Assembly: GCA_963737265.1 (NCBI GenBank)
Contig: CAVTRY010000021.1
Coordinates: forward strand, 160,001-224,000
DNA: 64,000 nucleotides
Reading direction: 5' to 3'
Origin: an uncultured delta proteobacterium
GTDB taxonomy: Bacteria > Myxococcota_A > Polyangia > Fen-1088
The notes under the pieces were generated by a model. The model saw only the letters and a list, made by a program, of their open reading frames with translations, was not told the origin of the DNA and made no database searches. The position numbers were made by a program, and so were the translations under genes. Of this stretch, positions 48,999 through 58,982 are shown in pieces; positions within the stretch are counted from its first letter, which is position 1, and every line of letters starts with the position of its first letter.

Positions 48999-50505
48999 GG
49001 CCGGGATAGGCGAGCTGCGCTTCCACCTTGCGCGCGATGTCCTTGGACAGGACACGCGCCTGTTCGTCGTTCACCTTGGTGTTCTCCACCAGGATGCGTA
49101 CTTCGCGGCCGGCCTGGATGGCAAAGGCGCGCTCCACGCCGGCGAAGCTCGCCGCGATCTTTTCCAGATCGTCGAGCCGCTGCACGTAGGATTCCAAGGA
49201 CTCGCGCCGCGCACCCGGCCGCTGGTTCGACAGCACGTTGGCCGCGTCGACGATGTGATCGAGCACGTCTTCCACCGGAACATCACCGTGATGGGCCTCG
49301 ATGGCGTGGCAGATCTTGGGCGATTCGCCGAACTTGCGCGCCATAACGGCGCCAGCCACGGCATGTGAACCGTCGACTTCCTGATCGACGCCGCAGCCGA
49401 TGTCGTGCAAGAGCCCGGCCCGGCGCGCGACCTTGACCGGATAGCCAAGCTCGCCAGCGATGGTGCCGGCGAGAAAACCCACCTCGATCGAGTGGTGAAG
49501 CAGGTTCTGCGCCGTGCCCGAACGAAAGCGAAGCTTGCCGAGCAGTCGGCCGAGATCGGGGTGCAGCCGGCCGATTCCGAGATCGAAAGCCGCTTGGTCG
49601 CCAGCCTCTTTGCACTGTTGCTCAACCTCGTCGGTGGCCTTGCGCACCATCTCTTCGATGCGGGTTGGGTGGATGCGGCCGTCGGCGATAAGCCGGGTCA
49701 GCGCCAAGCGGGCGATCTCGCGGCGCACGGGATTGAAGCAGGAAATGACGACCGCTTCCGGTGTGTCGTCGATGATAAGATCGATGCCGGTGGCGGATTC
49801 GAGGGCGCGGATGTTGCGCCCCTCGCGTCCGATAATACGGCCCTTCATGTCGTCCGACGGCAGCGGAACCACGGCCACGGTGCGCTCGGCAACGTATTCG
49901 CTGGCGTAGCGCTGAACGGCCGCGCCGAGAATGAGCTGCGACTTCTGCTTAGCCTCCTCATGCGCCTCGGCCTCGATGCGCTTGACTTCGCTGGCCGCCG
50001 CCGCGCGCGCTTCGGCCTCCACCTCGGCGGCGAGCAGCTTGCGCGCCTCGGCCTCGCTGATGCCGGCGATCTTTTCCAGGCGGGCGCGCGCTTCGCCGGC
50101 CTGAACGGCCGCGGTTCGCGCCACGGTTTCGGCGGTTTGTTCGCGCGCTAGAAGCTGTTTCTCCTTGCGCACGAGGTTCTCGCGCTCGGCCTTCATCTCG
50201 CGATCGCGCCTGTCCGCGGCCTCCGCGCGCGCGCGCACCTCCGCAGCGCCCCGATCGAGCTCCTGTCGCCGGGCACGCAGCTCGTTTTCCACCTCGCTGC
50301 GAACCTTCTGCGCCACCTCCTTGGCCTCGACCACGGCCTGGCGCTTGATGGCGTCCGCCTCGCTGCCGGCGGCGTCCAGGACGCGCTTGCGCTCTTCTTC
50401 GCTTTCCGGAATCGCGTGCGGTTTGGATTGGCGGCCGAACAGAAATGCGACCAACCCGGCCACCACAGCGGCCAGAATTGCACCGACGATTGCTCCAACG
50501 GTCAT
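48946..50505 (-). CDS. rny: Ribonuclease Y
   Basis: N-terminal TM, coiled coil, KH motif KGRIIGREGRNIR, HD motif LLHDIG, AIQAGREVR, RETRA. Confidence 0.96.
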   Translation of the reverse strand: MTVGAIVGAILAAVVAGLVAFLFGRQSKPHAIPESEEERKRVLDAAGSEADAIKRQAVVEAKEVAQKVRSEVENELRARRQELDRGAAEVRARAEAADRRDREMKAERENLVRKEKQLLAREQTAETVARTAAVQAGEARARLEKIAGISEAEARKLLAAEVEAEARAAAASEVKRIEAEAHEEAKQKSQLILGAAVQRYASEYVAERTVAVVPLPSDDMKGRIIGREGRNIRALESATGIDLIIDDTPEAVVISCFNPVRREIARLALTRLIADGRIHPTRIEEMVRKATDEVEQQCKEAGDQAAFDLGIGRLHPDLGRLLGKLRFRSGTAQNLLHHSIEVGFLAGTIAGELGYPVKVARRAGLLHDIGCGVDQEVDGSHAVAGAVMARKFGESPKICHAIEAHHGDVPVEDVLDHIVDAANVLSNQRPGARRESLESYVQRLDDLEKIAASFAGVERAFAIQAGREVRILVENTKVNDEQARVLSKDIARKVEAQLAYPGQIRVSVVRETRAVDFAK

Positions 50506-50514
50506 ACTTCTCTC

Positions 50515-51153
50515 TCAGTCATTCGATGCGCGACAACGAACGACACGCTCGTTCGTGACGATGCAATCGAGTGGGATGTCCCATTCGCCCGTGGGACAGG
50601 TTTCGAGCAATTGAAAATCGTAAGCAAAGCCGACGAACAGGGCCGTCGTGGCGTCGGGATGCGCCCGCACGTAGGCGGCCAATTCGTCGTAGTAGCCGCC
50701 ACCGTAACCGATGCGTGCCCCGCGCTTGTCGAAAGCCAGACCTGGCACCATGAACACGTCGATGTCTTGCGGCGCGATCTCGGGACAGTCCGTCGCAGGT
50801 TCGAGCAGGCCGAAAATGCCGAACACCAGCTCGGACTTGCTCGCCACGCGATGGAAACGCAGGCGCGGTGGGATAAGCCCCGTGCTCACGCGCGGCAGCA
50901 CGACATCGATCTCGCGCCGCCGGAGCTCGACGAGCAGGTGCTCGGTGTCTGCTTCCGAACGCGTGGAAACAAATCCCGCCACGGTTCGCGCCGCGCGCAT
51001 CTCGGGCAAGGCGAGCAGCAGCTCGGTGGCTTGACCCGCCATGCGTTCCCGCTCTTCGCGCGAGAGCGCATCCCTCTGCTCGGCCATGGCGCGGCGAAGG
51101 GCGCGCTTTTCTTCCCTCAGCGACAGTTCGTTCGAAAGCATCGCCGCAAACAT
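50515..51153 (-). CDS. ygfA: 5-formyltetrahydrofolate cyclo-ligase
   Basis: K..LRR, VPGLAFD..G.RIGYGGGYYD, DIPLD.IVT. Confidence 0.92.
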   Translation of the reverse strand: MFAAMLSNELSLREEKRALRRAMAEQRDALSREERERMAGQATELLLALPEMRAARTVAGFVSTRSEADTEHLLVELRRREIDVVLPRVSTGLIPPRLRFHRVASKSELVFGIFGLLEPATDCPEIAPQDIDVFMVPGLAFDKRGARIGYGGGYYDELAAYVRAHPDATTALFVGFAYDFQLLETCPTGEWDIPLDCIVTNERVVRCRASND

Positions 51154-51553
51154 TCTCGTCCCGCCGCTTTCGTCACTCTTGCCCTGCTTGCCTTCCTTGG
51201 ACCAGGCTGGTCAGCTGGCAGAATGATCGGCCACGCCAAGTGCAACTTGGGTGGCACGTCGAGAACAAGGACGTTTCCTCGTGGAAAAGAAGTTGTGAAG
51301 TTGGGGACATCTATGTTGAACGCCCGCCTGCGCCGCGGAAAGCCGAGCACAGCTAGACGTGATGGCAGCACTATACCTGAAAATCCGTCGGGTTACTCAC
51401 CGAGCAACTTCATGCCGTCTCCTCGATGATTCGCCGCCTGAGCGTCGCGCCATTCCCTGCTCCGCTGCCAGAACCGCACCCCTCCGACCGGTCCCGTGCG
51501 CTGCCGTCCGCTGGCATTGACAGGCTCCGGCATCCGAGAACAGAATCCATGGC

Positions 51554-51949
51554 GTGCGAACGACTCTGCAGCGGATCGCCTGTGCCTTGCGCGTTTCGGG
51601 TCTCGTGACCTTGGTGCTCGTCGTTTCTGGGTGCGACGGCAGCGCCGGTCCCCCGGACACTGGGTATGGAAAAGGAGAACCCGTACCGGCCACGAGGAAC
51701 TGTTCCGATCTGTGCGCGCGGGTCGGGGATTGCGCTGGAAATCTCTGCGCCGAGGACAAGCAGTCCGCCGCCTATCTGGGATTGGGCAGCGCGCTTACCG
51801 CTGAGTGCATGTCCACATGCACGGACGCCGAGGTGGCCTCCACCATCACGCCGGTGCAATGGTCGTGTTTGTTCGAGAAGAGCTGCCGTGAGGTCTTCGG
51901 CCAGGATGCCTGCGGCACACCCAACACCTCATATCGGTGCAGCAACTAG
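51554..51949 (+). CDS. Small Cys-rich putative lipoprotein; start uncertain
   Basis: Lipobox VVSGC; repeated CxxxC motifs. Confidence 0.65.
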   Translation: MRTTLQRIACALRVSGLVTLVLVVSGCDGSAGPPDTGYGKGEPVPATRNCSDLCARVGDCAGNLCAEDKQSAAYLGLGSALTAECMSTCTDAEVASTITPVQWSCLFEKSCREVFGQDACGTPNTSYRCSN

Positions 51950-52055
51950 GCCGGAGAGTGCAGTCCGAGGAGCGGGAGCCTCGGACCCAACCGCCGTCGG
52001 GGTCTGGGGAAAGACCGCGCTTTCGACCACCCGTCGCGCTACACTCCCGCCCGTC

Positions 52056-52628
52056 ATGCAAGCCATCGCCATCTCCGGGAGTCCCCGCAAACAAGGCAAT
52101 ACCGAGACACTTCTCCAGCACTGTCTCGATCGGCTGGCCGAGCAGGGCGTGGCTGGCGAGCTCGTGTCGCTGCGAGACAAGACCGTCAAAGGCTGCCGGG
52201 CGTGCGCCACCTGCAATCGCTTGCGGGACAAGACCTGCTACCAGAAGGACGACGACTTCCATCCTGTCTTCGAGAAGATGCAGCACGCCGACATCATCGT
52301 CGTCGGATCGCCGGTCTACTTCGGCTCGGCCACACCAGAAATGATGGCGCTGCTCGACCGGGCAGGCTACGTGTCGCGCGCCAACGGCAATTTCTTTTCG
52401 CGCAAGGTGGGCGGCCCGGTGGCGATTGCCCGGCGCGCGGGGCACAACTTCACCTTCGCCCAGCTGCTCATGTGGTTCATGATCAACGACATGGTCGTGC
52501 CGGGATCGTCGTACTGGAACGTGGCGCTGGCGCGCGAAGCCGGCGAAGCAGCAAACGACAAAGAAGCCTGGGCCACCATCGAGCGCTTCGCCGACAATCT
52601 GGCCTGGCTGGCCGGGCGCCTGGCCTAG
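52056..52628 (+). CDS. Iron-sulfur flavoprotein / NADPH-dependent FMN reductase family
   Basis: GSPRKQGNT, CRACATC..C, GSPVYFG, ARRAG. Confidence 0.9.
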   Translation: MQAIAISGSPRKQGNTETLLQHCLDRLAEQGVAGELVSLRDKTVKGCRACATCNRLRDKTCYQKDDDFHPVFEKMQHADIIVVGSPVYFGSATPEMMALLDRAGYVSRANGNFFSRKVGGPVAIARRAGHNFTFAQLLMWFMINDMVVPGSSYWNVALAREAGEAANDKEAWATIERFADNLAWLAGRLA

Positions 52629-52630
52629 TC

Positions 52631-52819
52631 ATGGAATCGCGCCTGGTCGACCTCGAAGTCCGCTACACCCACCTCGCGCGCCAAATGGAAGAGCTCAGCC
52701 AGGTGGTTTTCGCCCAACAGAAGACGATCGATCGTCTGACCCAGGAGCTGGCGGCATGGCGGGCGGGCGCAGCGGGCGTGGAAGATGGGCCGGGGCTGGA
52801 ACGCCCGCCGCACTATTGA
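52631..52819 (+). CDS. slyX: SlyX family protein
   Basis: RLVDLE..EELSQVV..QQ..ID.L; ends ERPPHY. Confidence 0.9.
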   Translation: MESRLVDLEVRYTHLARQMEELSQVVFAQQKTIDRLTQELAAWRAGAAGVEDGPGLERPPHY

Positions 52820-53169
52820 ACGCGGTCGCATTGGCCGCGCACGTGGGCGCGACGCCGCTTTCGTCGCCCTCCCAGCTCTCAACCGGCTGCCGCAGCAAGC
52901 AGTCATACATGCGGCTTAACTCGGCTTTGCAAATCGCCCAATGGCCATGGACTCGCATCCATGAACAACCGCTGCTGCCGGCGCCGTTGGTTCTGTCGTG
53001 GGTCAGTTTACAAGAGCAGCGCTACTTGTGCTTTGCAGGGGAAAGCGATTCACCTGAATCTCATTCAGCCGGTACAGACGGACGGCCCGAACATCTTTCG
53101 CCATGGCAAAGGTGTCTCGCCCGGCGTGAATGACGTCGAGAGAATCCAGCTTGAGATCGTGCAGCGCCG

Positions 53170-53356
53170 CACGGGCAGGCTCATGTCAAACGTAACATCG
53201 GCAGCCGCGTCCTTTGTCCCCAGGGGTGCGACGACACCACAGACGATCAGATTTGATTTCGGCAACGGGACCGCCGCGGGCGGCTCAGGCCTCGACGGCC
53301 TAACTCAATACGCCGCGACCTCCGCGATCAGCTTCATCAGCGCAGAACCCACGTAG
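53170..53356 (+). pseudogene. Possible fragment of a FlgE/FlaE (flagellar hook-like) domain
   Basis: TGRL..ASF.P.GAT.PQTIRFDFG.GT..GGSGLDGLTQYA..S.ISF resembles the FlgE segment preceding QDG. Confidence 0.45.
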
Positions 53357-53369
53357 CGCCCATGCCCGC

Positions 53370-54269
53370 TTACCTGTGGGCGCGAAAGGCGCCGGCCACG
53401 CCGAGCAAGACCAGCCCCGCGCCGAGCAGAGTGACGCCGGCGATGCGCTCGCCAAGCAGGAGCCAACCCAGGAACGCGGCGATCACCGGGTTGACGTAGC
53501 CGTAGGTGAAGACCAGGCGCGTGGGCAGAAGGTGCAGCGCCTTGAGGAACGATGTGAAGGCGATGAGCGATCCGAACACCAACAAAAAGGCGAAGCCGAG
53601 CCAGGCGGTGGCGGTCGGGTTGGGGATGGGCTCGCGAAAGACAAGCGACAGCGCCGCCACGCCGATGCCACCAAACAGCATCTGATAGGCGGCGCTGACC
53701 ATGGCATCCAGTGCGACTGGGCGGCGACGCTGCAACAGCGACCCGCCGCCCCAGCTCAAGGCCGCGACGAGCAGGACCACGACCGCCACGGCATCGGCGC
53801 GGACACCGCTGCGCAGGGCCGGATAGCCGATGAGCCCGGCGCCCGCGAAACCGGCGAGCAGAGCAAAGGCCACGAGCCGCGACGGCAGGCGCCGGTCGGC
53901 GATGCTTTCGAGCAAGGTGACCCAAATCGGCGTCGAGGCGATGAGAATGGCCGCGAGCGCGCTGTTCACATGTTGCTCGGCCACCACCACGAAGCCGTTG
54001 CCGAACGCCCACAGCAACACGCCCGAGGCGGCCAGCAGGGGAAGCTCGCGGCGCGCGGGCCGGAGGCGCAAACCGTGCGCCTTGGCCCACAGCAGGAGCA
54101 GCGGAAAGGCAAGCAGACAGCGCATGGCCGCGAGTGCAAACGGCGGAAATCCGGCGCCCGGACGAACCGCCACGCGGATCGCCAGATAGGTGCTGCTCCA
54201 CACAATGTAAACGACAAAAAGGTGTGCGAGCCCGCGCCATGAAACCGGGGGCTGTGCTTGCGAAGTCAT
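53370..54269 (-). CDS. EamA/DMT transporter (YedA-like)
   Basis: VYIVWSSTYLAIR, FGSLIAFT, YGYVNPVIA.FLG. Confidence 0.9.
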   Translation of the reverse strand: MTSQAQPPVSWRGLAHLFVVYIVWSSTYLAIRVAVRPGAGFPPFALAAMRCLLAFPLLLLWAKAHGLRLRPARRELPLLAASGVLLWAFGNGFVVVAEQHVNSALAAILIASTPIWVTLLESIADRRLPSRLVAFALLAGFAGAGLIGYPALRSGVRADAVAVVVLLVAALSWGGGSLLQRRRPVALDAMVSAAYQMLFGGIGVAALSLVFREPIPNPTATAWLGFAFLLVFGSLIAFTSFLKALHLLPTRLVFTYGYVNPVIAAFLGWLLLGERIAGVTLLGAGLVLLGVAGAFRAHR

Positions 54270-54398
54270 GCCGTGGCGAAAGTAGCAGACGATCGGCGGC
54301 AAGCGGACTGCAAAGCGAGCGTCGAGGGCAAGCAAGCCCTGGCCGCACAGTCGGCAAATCCAAAGGCCGCCCGCCGGACTTGGCGTAAACTACGCCGC

Positions 54399-54644
54399 AT
54401 GCGTGCGATCTTCATGCTCATCAAGACCGACCTCGGCCATGTGACCGATGTGGCGAATCACATCGCCGAGATCGAAAGCTTCTCGGAGGCGTTCAGCATC
54501 AGCGGCGAGTACGACCTACTCGTCAAGCTCTACGTCGATGACGTCGACAGCATCGGCCGCCTCATCGAGCAGCAAATCCATCCCATCCCCCACATCCGCG
54601 AGACGCACACCATTCTGACCTTCGAGGCGTTCCAGAACGCGTAG
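54399..54644 (+). CDS. Lrp/AsnC ligand-binding domain protein
   Basis: SISGEYDLLVKL, IRETHT. Confidence 0.85.
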   Translation: MRAIFMLIKTDLGHVTDVANHIAEIESFSEAFSISGEYDLLVKLYVDDVDSIGRLIEQQIHPIPHIRETHTILTFEAFQNA

Positions 54645-54660
54645 CCGCGCGGAGCGCCAC

Positions 54661-56328
54661 TTACGACGCCTTCGACCGACGCAACATTTCTTCGGCGTGG
54701 GCGGCGGCTTGAGCGGTAGGCGTTGCACCGCCCAGCATGCGCGCGATTTCGTCGCGGCGTTCTTGATCCGAAAGCTGCACCACCCGCACCGTGGTGCGCG
54801 TCTTGGTCGATTCCTTGCTGACCTTGATGTGCTGACCGGCGAACGCGGCGATCTGAGGCAGGTGGGTAACCACCAAGACCTGCTTGTGCTGGGCAATCGC
54901 CAGGAGCTTTCGGCCGATGACCTCGGCCATGCCACCGCCCACGCCAGCATCGACCTCATCGAAAACGTAGGTCGTGGCCTGGCCTTCGCGCGCCAGCGCC
55001 TGGGTCACCGCCAGCATCACACGCGACAGCTCGCCGCCCGAGGCGATGCGGTCGAGGGGCCGCGGCTCCACGCCGGGATTGGGCGCGAATTGGAAGCGCA
55101 CGCGGTCGCGGCCTTTTCCACCGAGCGTTTCGCGATCCTCGACGGCGATGGGCACGCGCGCGCCGGACAAGCCGAGGTCGCGCAAGGTTTCGTCGATGCG
55201 CTTGCCAAGGGTGCGCGCCGCCTTCTGCCGTTTTTCGCTCAACCGATCGGACAGCTCGCCCATGTGCTTTTCCGCCTCGGCCACGGCCGCGCGCCGGCTG
55301 GCCAGGCCCTCCTCGAACGAACCCAGCTCGGAAAGCTCGAACGCCATTTCTTCCCGCCGTTTGACGGCGGCCTCGACCGAACCGCCGTGCTTGCGCACGA
55401 GCCGACCAATCAGAAACAGCCGCTCTTCGATCTCGCCCAGCCGCTCGGGCTCGAAGCGCATCTTGCCTGCGTAGCGCGATAGCGACGATGCGGCGTCCTC
55501 GACCTGGGCTTGCGCCCCTTGCAGGCTCTCGACCACCGGCGCCAGCGCCGGATCGATCTGCGCCAGGGCCGCGATCTCGCGCGCCACGGAGGCAATGCGG
55601 CCTGCGGCTGCGTCCTCGCCGGAATAGAGCGCATCCTCGCCCCGCGTGCAGGCGGCGACGAATTTCTCGGCGCCTTTGCAGCGCTCGCGCTCCACGCGCA
55701 AGGTATCGTCCTCGCCAGGTTTCAAGTCGGCCTGTTCGAGCTCGGTCAGTTGAAAGCGCAAAAGATCCTCGCGCTCGCTGCGCGCCCGCGCATCCGCGTC
55801 GAATTCCGCCAAAGCCGCGCGCGCCCCGGACAGCGCCTGGAACGCCTGCTTCGCTTCGCCGAGGGTGGCTGCGTTGCCCGCGAAGGCATCGACAATCGCA
55901 AGCTGACTTTCCGGATCCATCAAGAGCTGTTGATCGTGCTGCGAGGTGATGGCGCACAGCCGGCCTGCGCTGGCCGCCAGATCCGCCGCCGTGGCCAGCC
56001 CGCCGCCGAGATGAATCCGCCCTCGGCCCGCACGGGCGATGGCGCGGCGAACGACCAAGCCTTCGCCGAGATCGCGCCCGTCGTCGAGCAACTGCTGGCG
56101 AAACTCCGAGTCGGCGGCGATGTCGAAAATGGCCTCCACGCGCGCCTCGTCCGCGCCGGCACGAATCAGATCGGCACTGGCACGTCCGCCGCGCAGCAGG
56201 CCCAAGGCCTCGACCAGGATGCTCTTGCCCGCACCGGTTTCGCCCGTGATGACGGTCAAGCCCGGCCCGAAGGAAAGCTCGACCTCGTCGATGAGCGCAA
56301 AGCCAGATACGCGGAGCAGTGTCAGCAT
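54661..56328 (-). CDS. recN: DNA repair protein RecN
   Basis: TGETGAGKS, ASGGELSR, FDEVDAGVGG, VTHLPQIA. Confidence 0.96.
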   Translation of the reverse strand: MLTLLRVSGFALIDEVELSFGPGLTVITGETGAGKSILVEALGLLRGGRASADLIRAGADEARVEAIFDIAADSEFRQQLLDDGRDLGEGLVVRRAIARAGRGRIHLGGGLATAADLAASAGRLCAITSQHDQQLLMDPESQLAIVDAFAGNAATLGEAKQAFQALSGARAALAEFDADARARSEREDLLRFQLTELEQADLKPGEDDTLRVERERCKGAEKFVAACTRGEDALYSGEDAAAGRIASVAREIAALAQIDPALAPVVESLQGAQAQVEDAASSLSRYAGKMRFEPERLGEIEERLFLIGRLVRKHGGSVEAAVKRREEMAFELSELGSFEEGLASRRAAVAEAEKHMGELSDRLSEKRQKAARTLGKRIDETLRDLGLSGARVPIAVEDRETLGGKGRDRVRFQFAPNPGVEPRPLDRIASGGELSRVMLAVTQALAREGQATTYVFDEVDAGVGGGMAEVIGRKLLAIAQHKQVLVVTHLPQIAAFAGQHIKVSKESTKTRTTVRVVQLSDQERRDEIARMLGGATPTAQAAAHAEEMLRRSKAS

Positions 56329-56392
56329 GTTTGGTGTTTCGGCAAAGGCGAAGTCCGAGTTGCGCGCCAGTCCCGACTATTCCATGCCCGGT

Positions 56393-57247
56393 TCACGCCT
56401 TGCGCTCCCCCCACGAAAGTTTCTGGCGAAGAATCTTGAAGAACGAGTGGTCGGGCCGAAAAACCCGCAGGCGACGCTCCATCTTGCGAACCTCGACGAC
56501 GTCGCCGGGGGCTATCTCGCGGCTCCAGTGACCATCGACGGTAAGTACGCCGTGATAGCGCGAAACATTGGTGACGGTCACGCCCAGATCGGCGCGCACG
56601 ACGAGCGGGCGGTTGGAAAGTGTGTGCGGACAGATAGGGGTCAGGACGATGGCTTCGAGATCCGGGCTCAGGATCGGGCCGGCCGCCGAAAGGTTGTAGG
56701 CCGTCGATCCGGTTGGCGTGCACAGAATCAACCCGTCGGCCTTATAGGTGGTGATGGTGTCGCCGTTGGTCGAGGCCAAAAGATCCATCAAACGCGCAAC
56801 CTCGCGCTGGTTGATGACCGCCTCGTTGAGCGCGCTCTGCCGTTCGACCTGTCCGTCCTTCCCGCGCAGGGTGACGAGCAGGCGCATGCGCTCTTCGATG
56901 GGCAGACGACCATCCGCAGCGTCGGCAAGCGCGGCGCGTGCTTCGTTCACCGAGTACGGCGTGAGAAATCCCAGGCTGCCCAGGTTGAGTCCGAGCAATG
57001 GCACGTCGTGGTCGGCGACGAGCTTGGCGCCATGAAGAAAGGTTCCGTCGCCACCAAGCGCGACCATCACATCGATTCGGGCGCCGATGCTCGCGCCCGG
57101 CACGCCGGGGTAGCCAGCCGGCACGCCCTGCCCGTAGTCCTCGACGAACAGGACGTCGCAGCCGCGGGCTCGCAGGATGTCAGCGAAGCTCGCCGCGAGA
57201 CTGGGCGCCTCGGGACTGCCGCGCCTGACAAGAAATCCAAAACGCAT
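56393..57247 (-). CDS. nadK: NAD kinase
   Basis: GGDGT, NLGSLGFL, ALNE, DGLI..TPTGSTAYNLSA.GP. Confidence 0.95.
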   Translation of the reverse strand: MRFGFLVRRGSPEAPSLAASFADILRARGCDVLFVEDYGQGVPAGYPGVPGASIGARIDVMVALGGDGTFLHGAKLVADHDVPLLGLNLGSLGFLTPYSVNEARAALADAADGRLPIEERMRLLVTLRGKDGQVERQSALNEAVINQREVARLMDLLASTNGDTITTYKADGLILCTPTGSTAYNLSAAGPILSPDLEAIVLTPICPHTLSNRPLVVRADLGVTVTNVSRYHGVLTVDGHWSREIAPGDVVEVRKMERRLRVFRPDHSFFKILRQKLSWGERKA

Positions 57248-57401
57248 CGGCGCGATTATGGCACGGACCCACGCACTCCGGCACGCACACTCGCGGGACG
57301 CCGGTGACAATTTGCGGACCCTGCGAAGACCTGCCAACGAATGGGCCGCACTCCCAACGGATGTGCGGCCTGCCGTTGCGCCTCCCGGCGCTGTGCGCAG
57401 C

Positions 57402-57590
57402 CTAGGGCTGCATTTCGTAGAAAATCGTGATGCTAAGGCAGTGGAACTCCCGATCCGAGCTCTGCGTCACAACCTTATCAATAATCCGAGCCTTGGGATT
57501 GTCGTGAATCCAACGAGTCAAGACCTCACCGAGCTCATCGCGGTCCTTCGCCTTCGTGGCGGTGAATACCTTTGCCCCCATCATTGGCAC
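57402..57590 (-). CDS. Small hypothetical protein resembling a conserved myxobacterial family
   Basis: KVF.AT...R..LGE..T.W..VVTQSSD.EFHCLSIT.FY; SD AAGGAG upstream. Confidence 0.75.
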   Translation of the reverse strand: MPMMGAKVFTATKAKDRDELGEVLTRWIHDNPKARIIDKVVTQSSDREFHCLSITIFYEMQP

Positions 57591-57846
57591 TTCTCCTTCC
57601 GAACTGTCCTACAGAACACTGTTCGCAGAGCTCTCTCACAACCTGCGTGCGCCTTGAAATACGATCCTTAAAGCGAAAGGTAAATACTTTTTTTAGTAAT
57701 CTAACACACGGGTTTGTTTTTTCAAGTAACGCGCCGTTTTCTTGAACAGAGCTTGACCGTAACCACTCTCAATGGTTAATTCCTACCCCTCGGAAATTCG
57801 ACCCACCCTGTTCGGCCCCTGTGCCGGACCTCACCTGGAGAAATGC

Positions 57847-58062
57847 TTGGAGACACTGCTCGGACGCCCCCTCGAAGTAGAAGTTCGGGATTCCATCGAA
57901 AAAGCGATGAAAATCCTGAAGCAGAAGATGTCGAAAGAGGGCATCCTGCAGGAGATCAAGCGCCGTCGCTACCACGAGAAGCCGTCGGTCAAGCGCAAGC
58001 GCAAAATCCGCGAGGCGCGCAAGCGGCGCAGGCGCGAGGCCAAGAGGCGCGTGATCCGCTGA
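57847..58062 (+). CDS. rpsU: 30S ribosomal protein S21
   Basis: IEKAMKILK..EGIL.E.KRRRYHEKPSVKRKRK; TTG start after GGAG. Confidence 0.93.
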   Translation: METLLGRPLEVEVRDSIEKAMKILKQKMSKEGILQEIKRRRYHEKPSVKRKRKIREARKRRRREAKRRVIR

Positions 58063-58964
58063 CGACCTGGATAGAAGTTCAGATCGAGACGCAGGCCGAG
58101 GCGGCCGAGATTTTGGCCGCCGAGGTCGGCCCGCTGGTGGGCGGTGTCGAACTGCGCGACGCTGGCACTCTGCTTTCGACCGCGCCGGGCCGGACGACAA
58201 TCGTAGCGCTATGCAAACCAGAGGATCGTGGCTTCCTGCTCGCAGCCGCGCACGAAACGCTGGCGACCGCGCGCGCCACCGGCCTGGCGGTGGATCCTGT
58301 TGCCATCCGCGAACGCACCGCGAACGAGGATGAGTGGCGCGATGTCTGGAAGCAATTCTTCAGAGCGACGCGCATCGGCCGTCGTTTCATCGTGCGGCCG
58401 AGCTGGGATCCGGGAAAGCCCGTGGCGGGTGAATTCATCATCGACCTCGACCCAGGCCGCGCCTTCGGCACTGGCGCCCATCCCTCCACCCGACTTGCCA
58501 TCGCGCTCGCCGAGGAGGTTTGCGCGAAGGAGCCAGGGATCGTGCGCTTCCTCGATCTTGGCTGTGGCTCGGGAATTCTCTCCATTGCGGCCGCTCGCCT
58601 TTGGCCGAAGGCAGCCGGCCTGGCCATCGACAACGATCCAGAGGCCACGGCGTGCAGCCAGGAAAACTTCGCGCGCAACCAGATAGGCGGCGTGGCGCTT
58701 CTCACCGGCACGCTCGACCAGGCGGAAGGATCCTTCGACGTCATCTTGGCCAATATCCAGGCCGACGTGCTTTGCGACCTCGCCTTGGCCATGGCGAGCA
58801 AGCTGTCGGCGACGGGCCACGCGATTCTCTCGGGTATCTTGTGCGAACAAGCGGACGACGTGCTTGCGGTCTTCGCCAGGTGCGGCTTCCAGCCATCGTT
58901 GCGCCAGGACGAAGGCGAGTGGAGCGGCCTTTTGCTCAACAAGGCAGGTTTGCCGCAGCGGTAG
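58059..58964 (+). CDS. prmA: Ribosomal protein L11 methyltransferase; start uncertain
   Basis: W...WKQFF, LDPGRAFGTG.HPST, LDLGCGSGILSI, ANI, LSGIL. Confidence 0.92.
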   Translation: MTTWIEVQIETQAEAAEILAAEVGPLVGGVELRDAGTLLSTAPGRTTIVALCKPEDRGFLLAAAHETLATARATGLAVDPVAIRERTANEDEWRDVWKQFFRATRIGRRFIVRPSWDPGKPVAGEFIIDLDPGRAFGTGAHPSTRLAIALAEEVCAKEPGIVRFLDLGCGSGILSIAAARLWPKAAGLAIDNDPEATACSQENFARNQIGGVALLTGTLDQAEGSFDVILANIQADVLCDLALAMASKLSATGHAILSGILCEQADDVLAVFARCGFQPSLRQDEGEWSGLLLNKAGLPQR

Positions 58965-58982
58965 CCAGAACGGGTAGCATTG

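Noticed and set aside
51160-51430. 6S RNA (ssrS), often upstream of ygfA
   Set aside because: The position fits, but I could not identify the long hairpin or conserved motifs; needs cmsearch with RF00013.
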